Assembly (NCBI RefSeq): GCF_026571515.1
Contig: NW_026865396.1
Span: 310,001 to 374,000 of the forward strand
Direction of reading: 5' to 3'
Source of the DNA: Ruditapes philippinarum
Taxonomy: Eukaryota
DNA length: 64,000 bases
This document shows, in pieces, positions 23,774-38,393 of this stretch. The stretch's first letter is position 1; every line of letters begins with the position of its first letter. The notes beneath the pieces are model-generated. The model saw only the letters and a list, made by a program, of their open reading frames with translations. It was not told the DNA's origin and did no database searches. The translations under genes and the position numbers were made by a program.

Positions 23774-26700
23774 GAAAAGCTCTTGCTTTAATAGTTTAAC
23801 ATGATATCAGGTGTATTCTGAAATATTCAGTACACGGACGAACGAAACGTATTGGATCATGTTGAAAGCTATGCATGCTGTGTTTTCTTTTTTTTTTCCC
23901 TTCTTTTATTTTTTTGGTTTTGACATTGACGTTGTACATTGTCGCATTATCACGGTGTGAAAGCAAGGCGTAATGTTCACATTTAGATGGCAACATCAAG
24001 ATATCGCATATAATTAAGAATTCATGCACGAGTGATATATACAAATATAAACGTCTATACAAACACAAGATATACTATATCACTCATTCAACAATAAAAT
24101 GTGCAAAATTTATCAAAATGATCTAAACTATTTGGCTCTGTATATACCCCAATATAAAGAAATGTGTAGCGAGTGATTTTATTTTATTTCCTGTTGTTAA
24201 AGTGCATAAAAACACAATCAGTTTTCACGTCACATGAAAATGACTAAAAATGCAGACAAAACATTCGACGATATTTTGATACTCAATAGTTAATTATTAT
24301 ATAATATATTTATAAATTGTATGTGTTTTAAGGTTAAAAATCATAAATCTTATATTCTATTTATTCAATAATCACTTTTTTAGAGGAAAAAAATCATCTT
24401 GACGCGTACAGATTTATGATATTTTATCATAAACATTTCATGTTGTTAAAATTGTGATGTACAGTTTATAGATAGATACATTCTAAATTTCATCACGTCA
24501 AATCTTTTCATCGGATTTAATAACTTATGTAAATTTAACTGCGAATAAAATGCAGCAATATTGGGATATAATAGGAAAAGTGCATCGTCATGTCTGATGA
24601 ACATCTTTTTCAAAAAGACACGTGAACTTAAAATAAAATTAGATACTGTGTACATTTCGACTTGCAATATTGAAGATTAGTAAATAACATATAGTTTGCA
24701 ACAAACGTGAACGCGGCAAAATATATCCTATCGAAGAGAAAACAACACCAATTTGAGAAGAAATATTTAAAAAAAAAGAAGAAAATAGTTCAATATTAGG
24801 AGCTTCTAAATTGTTTTATCTTAAGTTAACAAAGAGATCTTACTAAACGTATATTAAAGATGGACTTCACTGAGTCGTTTAGATCTGGCAGGATTTGTTA
24901 TTAAAAAGATAATATTTCGAGATTACTGTTCCGTTTTATGTAGGTCTAGACCAATAACTAGTGTACAGCATTTCAGATCATTCGCTCACTTCTTTTTTCC
25001 TGAATAATTATTTTATTATTACTAGGAAAAATGACCAAAAATTAAAAGCGTTATAACGCTTTTCTCTCAAATCGGACTAAGAATAGCACAAATGTACGAT
25101 GTTGAATTTTTTTTTTAAATGTATTTATTTTAATTAACTTTAATTTTTATATTTAATTATCATATCTGTCTGTTTAAAGTGCCCAAGTTGATCTATGTAA
25201 GAAATTCAAATTTAGTTTTTTTTAAGCTTTTGGACCTCTGTAGACTAAATTAGAAATTATCTGTGACATTTTTTAGTTATATTCCATGAAAAATTAAATT
25301 ATTTCATTATAGTTTTAAAGGCCCCGTTACAATCACATGCTGCACTGTGTTTTTATCACTTTGAACAGACATTGTTAACGTGACATGCACGTGACAGTAT
25401 ACTTCAAAATCTACAACTGATGCATTATAAAATTGTTTTGAAAATTGTATTGAAAAAAATATATGATTAATGTTGAATAATATTGTAATGATGATTTACT
25501 TACTATGTACAAGTCACTAGTGTTATAATGTTATGTTCTGCTTTGTTCTAATTAATGATAAGCTGTTTTGAAGAGTATGATTTCACAACATTTTTTTAAA
25601 AACTACACAGCTTAACAATATAATTATTATTTTCAATATTTTTGAAATTTTGTGAAATATTGTAAGTAACATTTTATTGTATAATACAACTTAATAAACT
25701 TCATAGATGCTGGAAAAGAAAACTAAATAAACTTACTGGATCCCTTTGTTCCTTTAGACATTCTTCTTAACTCCCTTGCAAGTTGTTCACTTTAAATAAT
25801 GTTGATAAACTATCTACATAAATATAAACAAGATGATGTGACAAACTCAATTTATATATTCATTCATAAAATTATGTACGCATGCGCACTAAGCGCATTT
25901 AAAATTCAACACATCCTGATTGTACTATTTTACCCGATCATTGATAAAACCGTTTAAATAAAAGTGTTTTCCACATCGTGTTTATTTGTTATAACGTAAA
26001 AGTAATAAAATTGAAACAATTGTAGAGGCCAATAAGTGTTTGATTTTTGATAGGTTGATATTAAATATGTGTTATAAACTGATATGGGGCTTAAATTATG
26101 ATTTATATAGTTATATTATGAAGGCATTTTATGTTGCGTGATCTTTAATTTATTTATTTTCAAGAAATCAAAACTTTTTGAAAAACAAAATGTTCACAAT
26201 AGAATAAAATTCAATAAAATGTTATAGTTAAAAAAGTACCGCGGGACAGTAGGATAACTACCTTATAAAAGTGAGACTTTTAATTGCAGACAACATACAT
26301 TTCGTTAAGAGTTTTAGTACTGAAAATTATTAAAACTAGAGTGAAGTTGACAGTTTACATTAATATAACATTAATCAATGTAATAACAAGGTTATTAAAT
26401 GTAAGATAAACATTTTGTTTGAATGTTATGTTAGGTGAAGCTTACTGTCCATTCAAAAAGTGTGAGTGATTACATACTTTTCAGTCAAAAAGAAAATGAA
26501 GAGAAGAAATACGCATATTGTTAATTTTTCTTTAACTTATTAAGAGATGTTCCATTTGTTTAAAATCACATTGAACTAAATTTTCGACGAAGAAAGTGCC
26601 ATGTATATAAACTTATGAAGATCAACATAATTGTACTCGTTGATTTTGCCGTTCATATAAATCAAATGACTGCAAAATAAGAAATTTACATGTTTTCAAA

Positions 26701-28699
26701 TTTGAAATCAATCAAATCGCACGCCTTTTTAAAACCGAGTTACGTCCTGTAAAATTTTATTTATGTCTACCGCAAAAATTCTCACTCTTTCTTTTCTTGA
26801 GACTCACAAATCTTTATAATACAACGATTTATATACACATAGGTTACATTGTGGTCACTGATATTTTGTGGTTTAATGAAAATGACCACAATAAGGCAGG
26901 TATGCATTATAGCAAATAGCAAACAATTAAGAAAATAACAAAAACTATATACTATGTCTGTCTGTTTATCGTAAGAGGAGTGGCTAAAATCAGTCATTGA
27001 TAATATCAGTTTTTGGATTTTTTTTAAGTTTTAATACCGAACAACCCAAAGTGATTAGGTTAGTTGTTGAAGTATCGAGTATTTTAAAGGTCATGACCTA
27101 ACGTCTGGTTGGTTTTCCTAAGTGCATTATAACTGATATGCTATCTTGAAGAAAGCGCACATACTACATATTTCATACGATATTTATATGTAGAAACACA
27201 ATGTTACCGTAAGACTGAAGGAGTTCTTTCCCTTGGTAGTATTTTAGTCATCGCAATTATTATTAGGAATATTCTAAAGAAAGAATTAAAACATCACAAA
27301 CAATTTAATAATTATTTAGCTGTATGACCTTTTGATATCTGTGTGTAACTTTTTTTAAATGCGGAAATAATTTCCATATTTAAAAAAAAAAATTAAAAAA
27401 ATATTAAAATGAATTAATGATCAGGAAAACACACTATCATCTCGATCAAGCCTGAAAAAATATTGGATCGGGGTGGTTTTCGGGCATTTTGTCGCATATT
27501 TCTTGTTATTCAAGGTAATTATGTTAATTATGAAATCTCTCTGTCACGTTATAGATGATATTACTGTAAGCATTACGACACTTCCTTCTTGAACATAATC
27601 CTTACAATGTAACAATGTTTGACAATGATTCAGCAAATAACAAAATATGTACGTTCATCTTTTTTTTTACAATTTCATTTTCTTCACTTCCTGCTTCTTG
27701 TTTTTACATCATGAAATCTTGGAACAGATGCAAACCAGGCGGAATCTGTTAGATTCATGATAATCAATTATTAATATCAAAACCAACATGCTGCTAAAAG
27801 GTTAATATAATGTTTTTTTCCAGATGCTTAAAGAATAAGTCTGAAATCAAATATTAAAATACATTTTTTTGGGGTTGAAGGGGGTAGGAAATATCTAGTT
27901 CGTCTGAAATTATATTACTTTAAATAAAGACATGTAATAGTCTAAAAGATAACATTATAATATTCTAGTTGTTTGATAGTACAGATTTATTTACGTACTT
28001 AATATGTTCTACAAATCGTTATTTAGAATTTAATATTTATTAATTGGTTATTGCATGTTCATACATTGATGACATCAATACTTAAGAAAGTAATAAAACT
28101 GTTTCTATTTAAGTTTTCATGCAGCTAAGTCGACAACGAAGGTCAATTTATATGTCCCTTTAACTTGCAAACGTGACAAAAATGTAACAAGATATTTAAA
28201 CTATGTAGCGACAACCTAATTAGGTTAGTGCACTAGTTTATAAGTATAATTACAATTTTTTGTTAATCCTTGATAAAAGTACATCTTTTTTCTAAATAGC
28301 AAATCAGGTCGAAGTTATATTCACTGGGGATTTCATTTGTACTTTTATTGCTCTACTTGCAATATTATCTTACTCGTTTCTGTGGCTTTGTAAGTAATTG
28401 CCCCGTCCTTCATGAATTTCAGTGATCTCGTCATTTTCTAGTGTTAAAAAAACTTACTTAATAATTGAATATACTGCTTGAGCCAATGAAAGGAAAAAAA
28501 ATTGCACTTATCTTTATCTATGATACAAAGTCAACCAAACCGAGTCTGAAATTTTCACAACTATTTCCACTATTTTGTTACTAATAAGTAAATAAGTTGT
28601 GTAGTATCAGTTTGTGCAATATCATTTGATAAGTTCATCAATGCATCAATGCATAACATACATTCAAAATTGTAATACATTAATATGACATACATGAGA

Positions 28700-30520
28700 T
28701 ATTAAAGACAAATCTATCAATTAGTAAGATGGAATCGACACCAATAGAGCTTACATCTATGTGAAATTAAAACTTGAAGTGTAAGGTTTTAAAAATGTTT
28801 AGCAGATGCAGCTGATGAAGGTCGATCCAGAATAAAAAAGTCTTAGAATTATTCATTATTTGGTATGGGAATGAAATATTGAAAATCGGACGATAAACGC
28901 AAATTGCGAGTATGAACATCATGCCATAAAATGAAATTATTCAATAAATAGGAAGATGCCTGATTATTCATTATCTTAAACTTCATAATAGCTGTTAGAA
29001 GAACAACCCTCTGAAAAAGTCATCCAGTCAAAAAATAGTTTAACAGATTGAGTGTAATAATCTTTGTCATTAGTCTTGCAGCTCTCTTTTAAAACTTCAT
29101 GAGTTTATTTTCTAAAATCTAGATTTGGTACTATCGATAGTCAAATCACACCATTTGTTAGCATTTAAAAAGATCATGAGTAAGAGATTCAACTACTATA
29201 TTTAGGGATAAGTCCGAAGTTGAAAGGGTGGTGTCATCAGCAAAAATTTCAGTGTCTGTTTTTTGCCATTTTTCCATAGACAAAGGAAGGTCATTGATAT
29301 AAATAAAAAAACAGTTACAGTATAAGACCGAGCACTGAACCCTGAGTTACACCAGTAGGTACTGAGCGTACCTTTGAATATTAATCAGAAATGTAAGTTT
29401 GTAGAGGTAATCTACCTAAATAGTAGAATAACCAAGCAACCGGGGAAGGGTCAAGGTTATTCATTTTAAGCTTTTCAATCATTATGCAATGATACACATA
29501 GTTAAATGCTTCTTATTCTTTTTCTTCTTCCAATACTGTACATAACCCACTCTGGGGCATTAACGTACAGGGTACGCTTCAGAGAGACTGAGGAAAATTA
29601 AACTATTTTATTTTTGTAAATAATCCAGCCATCAACAATTCTAATAAGTGCAGTTTGACATGAACAATTTGACCTCAATCCAGACTGGCGTTGTTAGAGA
29701 AGTTGATTTTACTAACGGTATTGCTCTAAATGTGAACTTACATGACATTCAAGAACAATTGATATCAAGGGAAGCAAAAAAGGGGCTATATTTTCTCTAT
29801 CACTTTAAGCACCATTTTATGTATAGGAATGACTTTTTGAACGATTTAAGAAATGTATTGTTTAGAATGCTATTGTTGAATATATTGGTAAGTCCGGGAG
29901 CAAACATATGGGCTAATATCTTCAGAAACCTTGCACTGAGACCATATGACTTTCATGACTTTGTAATATCTAGCGATTTTTACTTGTTCAACATATAAGG
30001 TACTTTCGGTATTTTGAAAGAGGGTATATACTGAAGCTTAGATGCATTGAGTTCAGCAAGCTAAGCAGTCTTATAAATGGCATGATGAGATTCTTGGAGA
30101 TTCGCAAATTTTCTGTTGAATAAATTTTCAGTGATAAAGGGGTCAGTAACAGGGTTGCCATCATCATCATGATCATCAACTATAAGGTGTGTGTGAACAT
30201 TCGATTTGTAACCAGATAATTCATTTAGATCAGTCCACAATTTCTTGATTGTGTTTGTTTTTATTGATGTTTCATTATAATAGTGTCGCTTAGAATCATA
30301 TAAGAGAGACATAATGTGTTGTTTCCATATGTTGTAGTTATGTGTATCAGTAACTGTATGAAACTTATGTTTTATTTTAATAGCATTTAGAATGTTTTTA
30401 TTTATCAAGTTCTATTGGATAACCTTCTTAACTAGATTTTTTTTCTGGTTGGTGCATGTTTTGCAAGGACAGTCAGTATTGTGTCAGTGAACAAATCTAT
30501 AGAGTTTTCTTGATTTTCTA
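28700..30520 (-). mobile_element. Decayed non-LTR retrotransposon (LINE) ORF2/reverse transcriptase fragment
   Basis: Minus strand reads GVTQGSVLG..FFIYINDLPL (about 29283-29355) and EIFADDTTL (FADD at 29233-29244); upstream GLSARFLK..LTNIFNNSI; many stops and frameshifts. Boundaries approximate. Confidence 0.88.
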
Positions 30521-30894
30521 CTTATATTATTTTTAACGACGACGATCCCAAGGATTCTGATGCCTCAGCCATGATGTTGGTACAGACCATATCTCCTCCC
30601 TTAAAACCTCCCTTAAAAAGGACGCAATTGGAATTTGAACTCCGGTATCTTTGTTGAGAAACCATTGTACAGTTAGACTATGTTATGTCATGGAACTCTA
30701 GCAATCAAGATACAGCGCAATATGCCATGTGCAATTTTTTTTTAGATACTACAACATTTTCAAATTTACCGTATTAGGTGTTCTTTATGGATTCGTATTT
30801 TCTCTATTTTACAGTAAAACTGAGTTATCTTTTACATACTTTATAATTAGACTGCGGCAAATCATTTTAAAACGACAAAATTATCTTCTTGCCC

Positions 30895-31190
30895 AAGCGT
30901 GTTTTTATTATTTGGGGACCATACGCCGCTTTTCATGGAATGGCACTTCTGTGTCACACTGAAGGTTCCATGATAACCGCCGTATGAACACATCTGCGGA
31001 TGTTTCTAAATTCTAAATTTTACTATTTCATGTTTAAATGTTGAATTCTGCTTTAGCCGGTGCTAGGGGGCGTGGACGGTAACTTGCACTTTCCAGTACC
31101 GTCCATGAACAGGCTCAATCAAACCGAGCCTGCAACATTTTCAATTTTGCCGTGTTGGGCTTTCTTTAGGGATTCTGTATTTATCTATTC
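30895..31190 (+). repeat. Dispersed repeat family A, copy 2
   Basis: Near-identical to 3885-4180. Confidence 0.88.
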
Positions 31191-34100
31191 TGTGGTATAT
31201 TGGCAGTAACTCACTTTAAAAGTGGGCAACATTAAACAAAACCTCAAAAGCTTTTAAATATATAAAACCAATAATCTGCAAGGACAACTGATGTAATCGG
31301 TTTTGAATGTTTGAGTGCTTTTACTAAATAGCTCAATATTATATTATGGGGTCGACATGTCAAACACTTTTGACGCATTACGGACACTGGGGTAACCTGT
31401 GACTAAGACTCAAGTGCGAGAAAATAAATCACTTCTGTAAGTTTATGTAGAGTAGGTTATTCGCAAAAGAGAAAAAACGCAAGATGTTAAAATGTAATAA
31501 AGATAAGCCCTTTTGAAATTGTGAGTATTTAATCGGGATATAGTTAACCATTTTTTAAAATCCAAATGGGTATCAATAACTTAAAAATAATATACATTCA
31601 CCACCAATTCTAATGGAAAAAAAAACCATATCACCATGAATCAGCAATAAGAAATAGCGGTATAGGAGAGGATGACAATTACCTTTCAATACCACTTATA
31701 CCACCAGATTTGACAAATGTAATTACTTTGGTTATATTAAAGTCCAAGTCGTTTAAGAGCTGTAATTTAATGAGACATATATCCATTAAAACCTATACTC
31801 AACAATTAAAATAATGATATCTTATCAATTAAGAAAAGTTTTTAAAACTATTTATCTATTCGTTGTATTAGCTAGGAGATTTTCCAACGCGTGTAAGTTT
31901 CATATGATTGATGTTTAAATGAATAAGTGTTTAATTATAAAAAGTTGCACTCTGCAACACCGGATTTAGTTTTAAAAAAACATTTTGTTAATAGACATAT
32001 TCATCAATTTCTGATAAAGAACGATGCACCCCGTACCATAGGTTTCATTGAATTTGCAGTCTGTTAATATCCTTCGTTCAAGATAAAATACCGCTTAAAC
32101 CGGTGCGGACAGGCAATAAAATCTAGCAAATGAATTTCACATATAATTGTCAATATCTTTGCATTGTCTTTTTATCTACTTAAAAAAAATCGTTATCATG
32201 TGTAATATGTTAAATAATCGTAGCTACCGACGACACTCAGTGACACCATCGTAAACGGAATCCAGTAGGGCACCAATCAGAAAAGGGACAAACTGCTTTG
32301 TCATTGTCCAAAAAGTACGATACTTAAACATAATAGGATTACATTGGTAATGCTAAAATTTATAAATGATAGAAGGTCATTTTTCACGTTCTAGTGCTCT
32401 TATCACTGTATTAATAAGTGCCTTATCATATTAACTACATGATTTTAAGTACATAGTTGACATTGATTTTCACACTTTTGATTCAATTTCTGGATATATC
32501 CTAATAAAAGATAATTTATCAGTTTATCAAAGCTCTATAGCAGGCCGAATTATGTAAAAATGAAGTTGTCCGCGCTTCTCTCATATAATTGAATTATTCT
32601 GATTGGAAAAAACCTTTTCCAGACAAAAAGAGAAATAAAATAAAATAAATAAAAAAGCACACAAAAAACCTAACAATACAAAGATTCAATGATCTATGAA
32701 ACATGTGTTCCAATCGACAGTCACTTTTAATGTAATTTGACATGTATTTCAATATTTTATTTTTATTCTAAGAATTACAACATTTTTGTATTTTCTGATC
32801 GCAGATCAGATAATACATAGCTAACATCCACGGTCTATCACAAAATTTCCTAACAGTCCTAACAACGCAAATTAGTTCTCACTCAAAACTGCTTAAAAAC
32901 CAGCAATTTAAAAGAGAGAAAAGTTTTTTGTTACAAGTGTCCAACAAAATACTACACATTCAAACTTTCAAAGTAGCGTTGGCTTATAGAGTTGTCAATA
33001 AATGCACACTCACAAATTACGCGGATGAATATGATTTTAATCAATGAAAATGCTATTTTTAGCGATGTAGATTACCGAATACTACACAAATAAATCTGAC
33101 AGCCGAGTAGTTGAATATATAGTTTCTACATGTTGGATTGTTTGGGCGAGAAGATTTTGCTAAATTATTTACTTCAATTTTAAACAACAGGTTTACCCTG
33201 AACAAAATACCTCGAAATAACCCTAACCCGAAATGCAATGGAAATTCTAAATTTAGAATGACTTAATTTTATTCAGCTTTTTATTTTAAAACTTCTCCGT
33301 GGTGCAAGAGTAACGCGCTCGTTTGATGTGTGAGAGGTCTGGAGTTCAAATCCCAGTCGAGTCAACATTTTTTAAATTTTTTTTTAGTGTCTTTGTTAAG
33401 GAAATAGCCACGATATGCAAGGATAAAGTGTGGCTATCATAAAAAATGAACATAAATTATTTTTGATGCAACTCTAGTTATGCAAAATTCCGTATGTCTG
33501 GTGCCCTGCAAGATGACTTATAGTACATAAAAATAAACTTATACAGGAAAACACATATAAATATACAGTACGATATAGATTGCAGGGATCAGAAAATACC
33601 ACAGAGCTTGCAGCCCTTTGATTTAACATGTCACCAGTGTCTTCTTTGATTATCTATAACTAATTAAGTTGATTACTTAAAGCGTTTATGGGTATAGAAA
33701 ATAGTCCAATGAACTAACTGTTAGTCTGTCTGGCATCGTAAATAAAAACAATAAGGGTGGATATGAAAAAATACATTCCCGAACAAAACTCAAAACACAG
33801 AACAACCGGCAAGGAGCCCAGCAGGACACCACGCAGAACCAGGAGGCCACATGGACCAAACACGGACGGGTGCTATTATAAATAATTCAAAAAAGGAAAA
33901 TCATAGAGACCGGAACACAATTGATTTAAGGTCAACAAAAGTCAAGTGCGTTTCTATGTTGCCTATAATTATGAACATTTGCAAATACTATCACATACTG
34001 CATTTAAGGTGCATTAGTGACATGACATTAAATGTATCTATCCTGTTATAATTGTCGCCGTATAAAGGCAGACTTGTTTTTTCTGTGCTCCTAGATTTTT

Positions 34101-36538
34101 AGTTTTTATGGCGGATTGAAAGTGCTGAAAAGTGTGCAATTTTTGTACATACTTTTATTATCCAACTTTTATTGTACAACGCCATTGAATATTGTATATA
34201 AAATAGGTGTTTAATTAAATAAAGCAGTTTCAGTTCCATGCATTCATTTTAAAATTGTTGTTCGTTTGAAAATTATTACAAAAATAACTTAAATTAACAA
34301 ACTCCTTTCAATTATTTTTTTTTTAAAATTATGCTTTCGCTTATCAAATATATATTGATATGAATCTTTCGATTTCTTGATTTATAATGACATTAGATCA
34401 GGCAACAGTATTAACATTTCCCGTTCACTTTTTACCCATACGTATTAGCTGTTGTTTAAAGTAAACGAAAAACCGTATAATGTGAAAGAAAATAAAAAAC
34501 ACTTTGTACTCAAAAGAAATTATGATATTTTGTAATTAAAATAAGAGATAACAGTATTTACAATAGTTTTCTTAATTGATAAGTTGTCAGTCTTATTTGC
34601 ATTGTTTAAAGATATTCAGTTTACGGTGTATTATTTTTTCATCCCCTGACTTTATCTAATTGCGGTCTGCACAATCGTTTTGTGAATTTTAAACTTGAAA
34701 GATAATCTTCTTTTTCTTTTATTTATTTTTTGAAAACTTTTGCAAAATCATGAATTTTTGTAATTGATCAGAATGGAATTGAAATTTCAATTTAAAAAAA
34801 ATGATGTTTTAATTTTTGTTCGGCCCAAAATTGATTATAAAAGACTCACATTTTAAAATAGGAATATCCTTCCACGTTCAATAAATTTTATTCGTTGAAA
34901 CAACCCACTGAGCTATTGATATTTTTGAGCAGCAAGAGCTGGTGAAACACATCAAACAGAAAGTGTCAAGCGTAAAAGTAAAAACATTCTGTCGTATGAT
35001 TAAAATTCAGCTCTTAATTAACGCTTACCACATTAGAATCTGACGGGAACCAATAGCAGGTCACCTTCTCTTGACATTTCAAACAACCAATTTTATCGGG
35101 CGAGCTTTCGCAATTTTTTAAAAATCGAATACAGTTTTTAATTGTAATTACAAGAGTAGGCAATTTTTCACGATTTCAGAAAACAAACATGGCGTTGATC
35201 CATATAAGCGACAAAGGTTTAAACTGGCAAGACAATTTTGCCCATTAAAACAGTACGTTTGTAATTTTCCAGTTTTTTTTCTTTTTTCAAAATAATTCCC
35301 AAATTCTGTATGCCCCTATCTGTAAGGGACGGTTTAATTGCATGGCTTAAAATACTTTTTAAATTCCTGGAATTTTGAATCATAATTGAAGGACGGGAAA
35401 AAAAAACGCGGTGGCAATCAGATCTACAAGTCTAGAAATAACCCTTATGTTAGATCAGGACTTACGTCAGATGTTGGTCGTTTGACTTTAACTTTAAGTT
35501 TGATTTTTTTTATAAATTTCAATGGGGGTATATTTTGCAAACAAAAGCGAAGGCAACAATGTATCGATAGCCATACTTCTCTACTTAATTGTAAATACAG
35601 TCTCTTTTGTTATTTAATATGTATTTCTAAACAAAAGAAGGTATCTTATGTAACAGATACAAAATTGTAAAATGGGACCTTTAAGGACTTGCCCGGAACG
35701 GAAAAAGATGAAGTATCTATACGAAAGGTGATGTTGTTCATAGCCGTCGTACCAGCATTTTGCCTTTCCCTATGATTTTTCATGCATTGACGGCGTGCCA
35801 ATGGCGTTTATTTGTATCCACGAATATCGTGCAAACTGCGTTTTTTTCAAAGGACGAGTTCCGTTGTTCTTCCATTTACATACTCTTGCACCAACTGTCT
35901 AATAAGTCTTTTTCGCAGCGATGACACTAGCAGTATGCAACATATAAATATTGTTGCAACTGATACTGATTACTCTGAATCATTTGCTGATATGAATCTT
36001 TAAATATTTGTATAATTTACCTTATTAGAAATAAATGGAAACAATGCCTGTCGACGGACTCAATGCCAACAATAAGACAAATACACTTCGCTGACGCCTT
36101 GTATTCCAGTAATATGGACTAAAATGAGGCAATTAAAGATCATGTAGTGGGTTCCTTTGGTTAAGCAAGTGTTTGTTAATAACAATTAAGTAAAAAATGT
36201 CAATAGGTATAAATATTATTGTCGATTTCATTGCACTCTCAATAAACATTTCTTTTGAAATTTTTCACGGTTCTATTTTGATCCTTTTTTCTATTGCAGA
36301 TTTTACTTGTCATATTTGAAATATTTTCTAAGAGATATCACACTTTATGAAGAAAGCATGGTTACACATTTATTGAAGAATATGATTCTAATTGTCGTCT
36401 CGACTCTTAGTGCTTTACAGTTAATTTCAAATTTACAATTTATGTGACAAATACTTTACATTATTTAGTCAAATGTGATACAATTGATTTTCCTCTACGC
36501 ATTAATGAAAATTTGACCTTTTGTTCACAATATTTTGA

Positions 36539-36682
36539 AAAGATAACCCAAACAGATTTGTTATTCTGCCCATCCAATACCATGATAGCTGGAAAATATA
36601 CAAGAAAGCAGAAGCATCTTTCTGGACTGCTGAGGAGGTTGACTTATCAAAAGACCTGTCACATTGGGAGGTCCTTAACCCA
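36539..36682 (+). pseudogene. RRM2: Fragment of ribonucleotide reductase small subunit (R2)
   Basis: Translates [48 protein letters not shown], the R2 N-terminal signature. TGA immediately upstream in frame, TAA 4 codons after; no further R2 sequence seen. Confidence 0.88.
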
Positions 36683-37814
36683 GTTCCTTGTTATTAACAG
36701 ATACACGTACAAGCTGAAACTACGTTCCACATAATGTTTTCTCTACAAGCTGTATTTCTCATATATTTTTTTATAACAAGATTTTCTTAAAAAAGATATC
36801 TAATAATATTTAAAAGTTTGTGTTAGTTATTCAGTATCTGTACCAGTACTTGCAAAATGAGTTCAGTACTAGTGCCAATAATGCATGTCTGTCTTCTATT
36901 GGTAAAATGATGTTTAGTTATTATCCATTAATTCAGCTGTTACTAACTCTTCTAAGCAACATTTCTATCATTATTCTAAGGACAGTTAATTATGAAAAGG
37001 TGATTAAGTACTATATCTTTGTTGTGAATATGCCATTAGTAAGCGATTGAGTTCATAATTATCACGCCTTCGTCAAAATCTTCAAAATAATTTTCTGCCA
37101 TAAAACCACTGTCGTCTGCTTTTGATAATCGAATGACTTTTAGTTTTTGTATTATTTAGAAACATCAGATTTAATAATTAAAGGGATAATATTATGACAA
37201 TTTTGGTTCTGATGTGTAGATCGGAATGCATTCCCTTGTTGCGCTGTTCGATTGATTGCACAATAACGCAACAATTTGTAATAACGTGCAAAATCGGTGA
37301 CACACCATTAAAGCAGCATGCTACGAGATTTATGTCCGGATGTCATGGAATCTTAACGCGTGTATGCTATCAAGTGTACAAAATAAAGATACAAGCTGTA
37401 TTTCTAACATTTTTCCACAGCTGAGTGATATTTAGATTATTCATGTTCCTAATAGTATCCGAGATTAAACGAAGATTAAAAATTACGAATGCAAAATCAA
37501 AGTTATCAAATTAATAAACAATATATAGGTACAATTGAAAGTATCAAACAATTCAATCTCACAAATATGTCCTAATAAAAATGTGGAAAAAGACAATAAA
37601 CAACTACGCCTAATCATGCATATTATACATAATGTGGCAAACATTTATTGAAAATTATTTGATACTTGATATAGTCGTTCATGCATTTTCAAAAAATTAA
37701 GTACGTAAAGGTTTATATCTTAAACTTGGGATAATGTAAATATAACATAGGTCATTTGGATTAAAAACGTCTATTTATATCGATTATGTACCTGGCTAAA
37801 GTTACATTAAAACT

Positions 37815-37926
37815 TTCGCATTCCGGTCGCAATACCCGATATTACAGAGGACATAATGGCGGCGAAGGTTAAACTTGCAGTGAAAAATGTCTAGATTTAA
37901 AGATTGGAAAAGATAGGTTATCTAAG
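37815..37926 (+). promoter_or_regulatory. Putative TSS region / non-coding first exon of TRIM-like copy 1
   Basis: ETS-like TTCCGG (37821), YY1-like ATAATGGCGGC (37853-37863), donor AAG|GTTTGT at 37927; strongly conserved with 62821-62935. Confidence 0.6.
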
Positions 37927-38393
37927 GTTTGTTACTTATTCTTTTTACATTTTTCCTTTCATTTAACTAAACAATGATTATTATTTTTATTTAAATTAGA
38001 TTTTATTGACAAAGTAGGACTAGAAGTTAAACATACACATTCAATCAACAAATCAAAATCCAATCTTCTTAATGATTCGGTAATTAAACGTTGAGGAAAG
38101 TTCGATGACTATCTATTCTTTTTTTTAAATTCACTAGATAAAAACATAGCAATATATAGGTTTATTTATTATTAGTAACATTATTTAAAGTTTAATTTGG
38201 ATTGATAAGGACTGAGGGAGAAGAGGGAAACATGTTATAACCTGTTTGGTAATACAAGTTTGAAATAACTTCATGGTAGGTTAAATATCCACGTTTATCA
38301 TTATGTACAAATATATCAAATATTCATATCTTGGCATGATTTCAAAGCGCAGTGACATTTTATTGAAATAATATATAGATATCCTTACTTTAA

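Noticed and set aside
29648-29998. 116-aa plus-strand ORF
   Set aside because: Antisense to the decayed LINE RT; ORF 30061..30408 is also a LINE ORF2 remnant, not a host gene.
35690-36010. Coding-like minus-strand stretch
   Set aside because: Stops in the candidate frame and no recognisable motif.
36444-36734. 96-aa ORF as a gene
   Set aside because: Wrong frame; the real signal is the R2 fragment in another frame.
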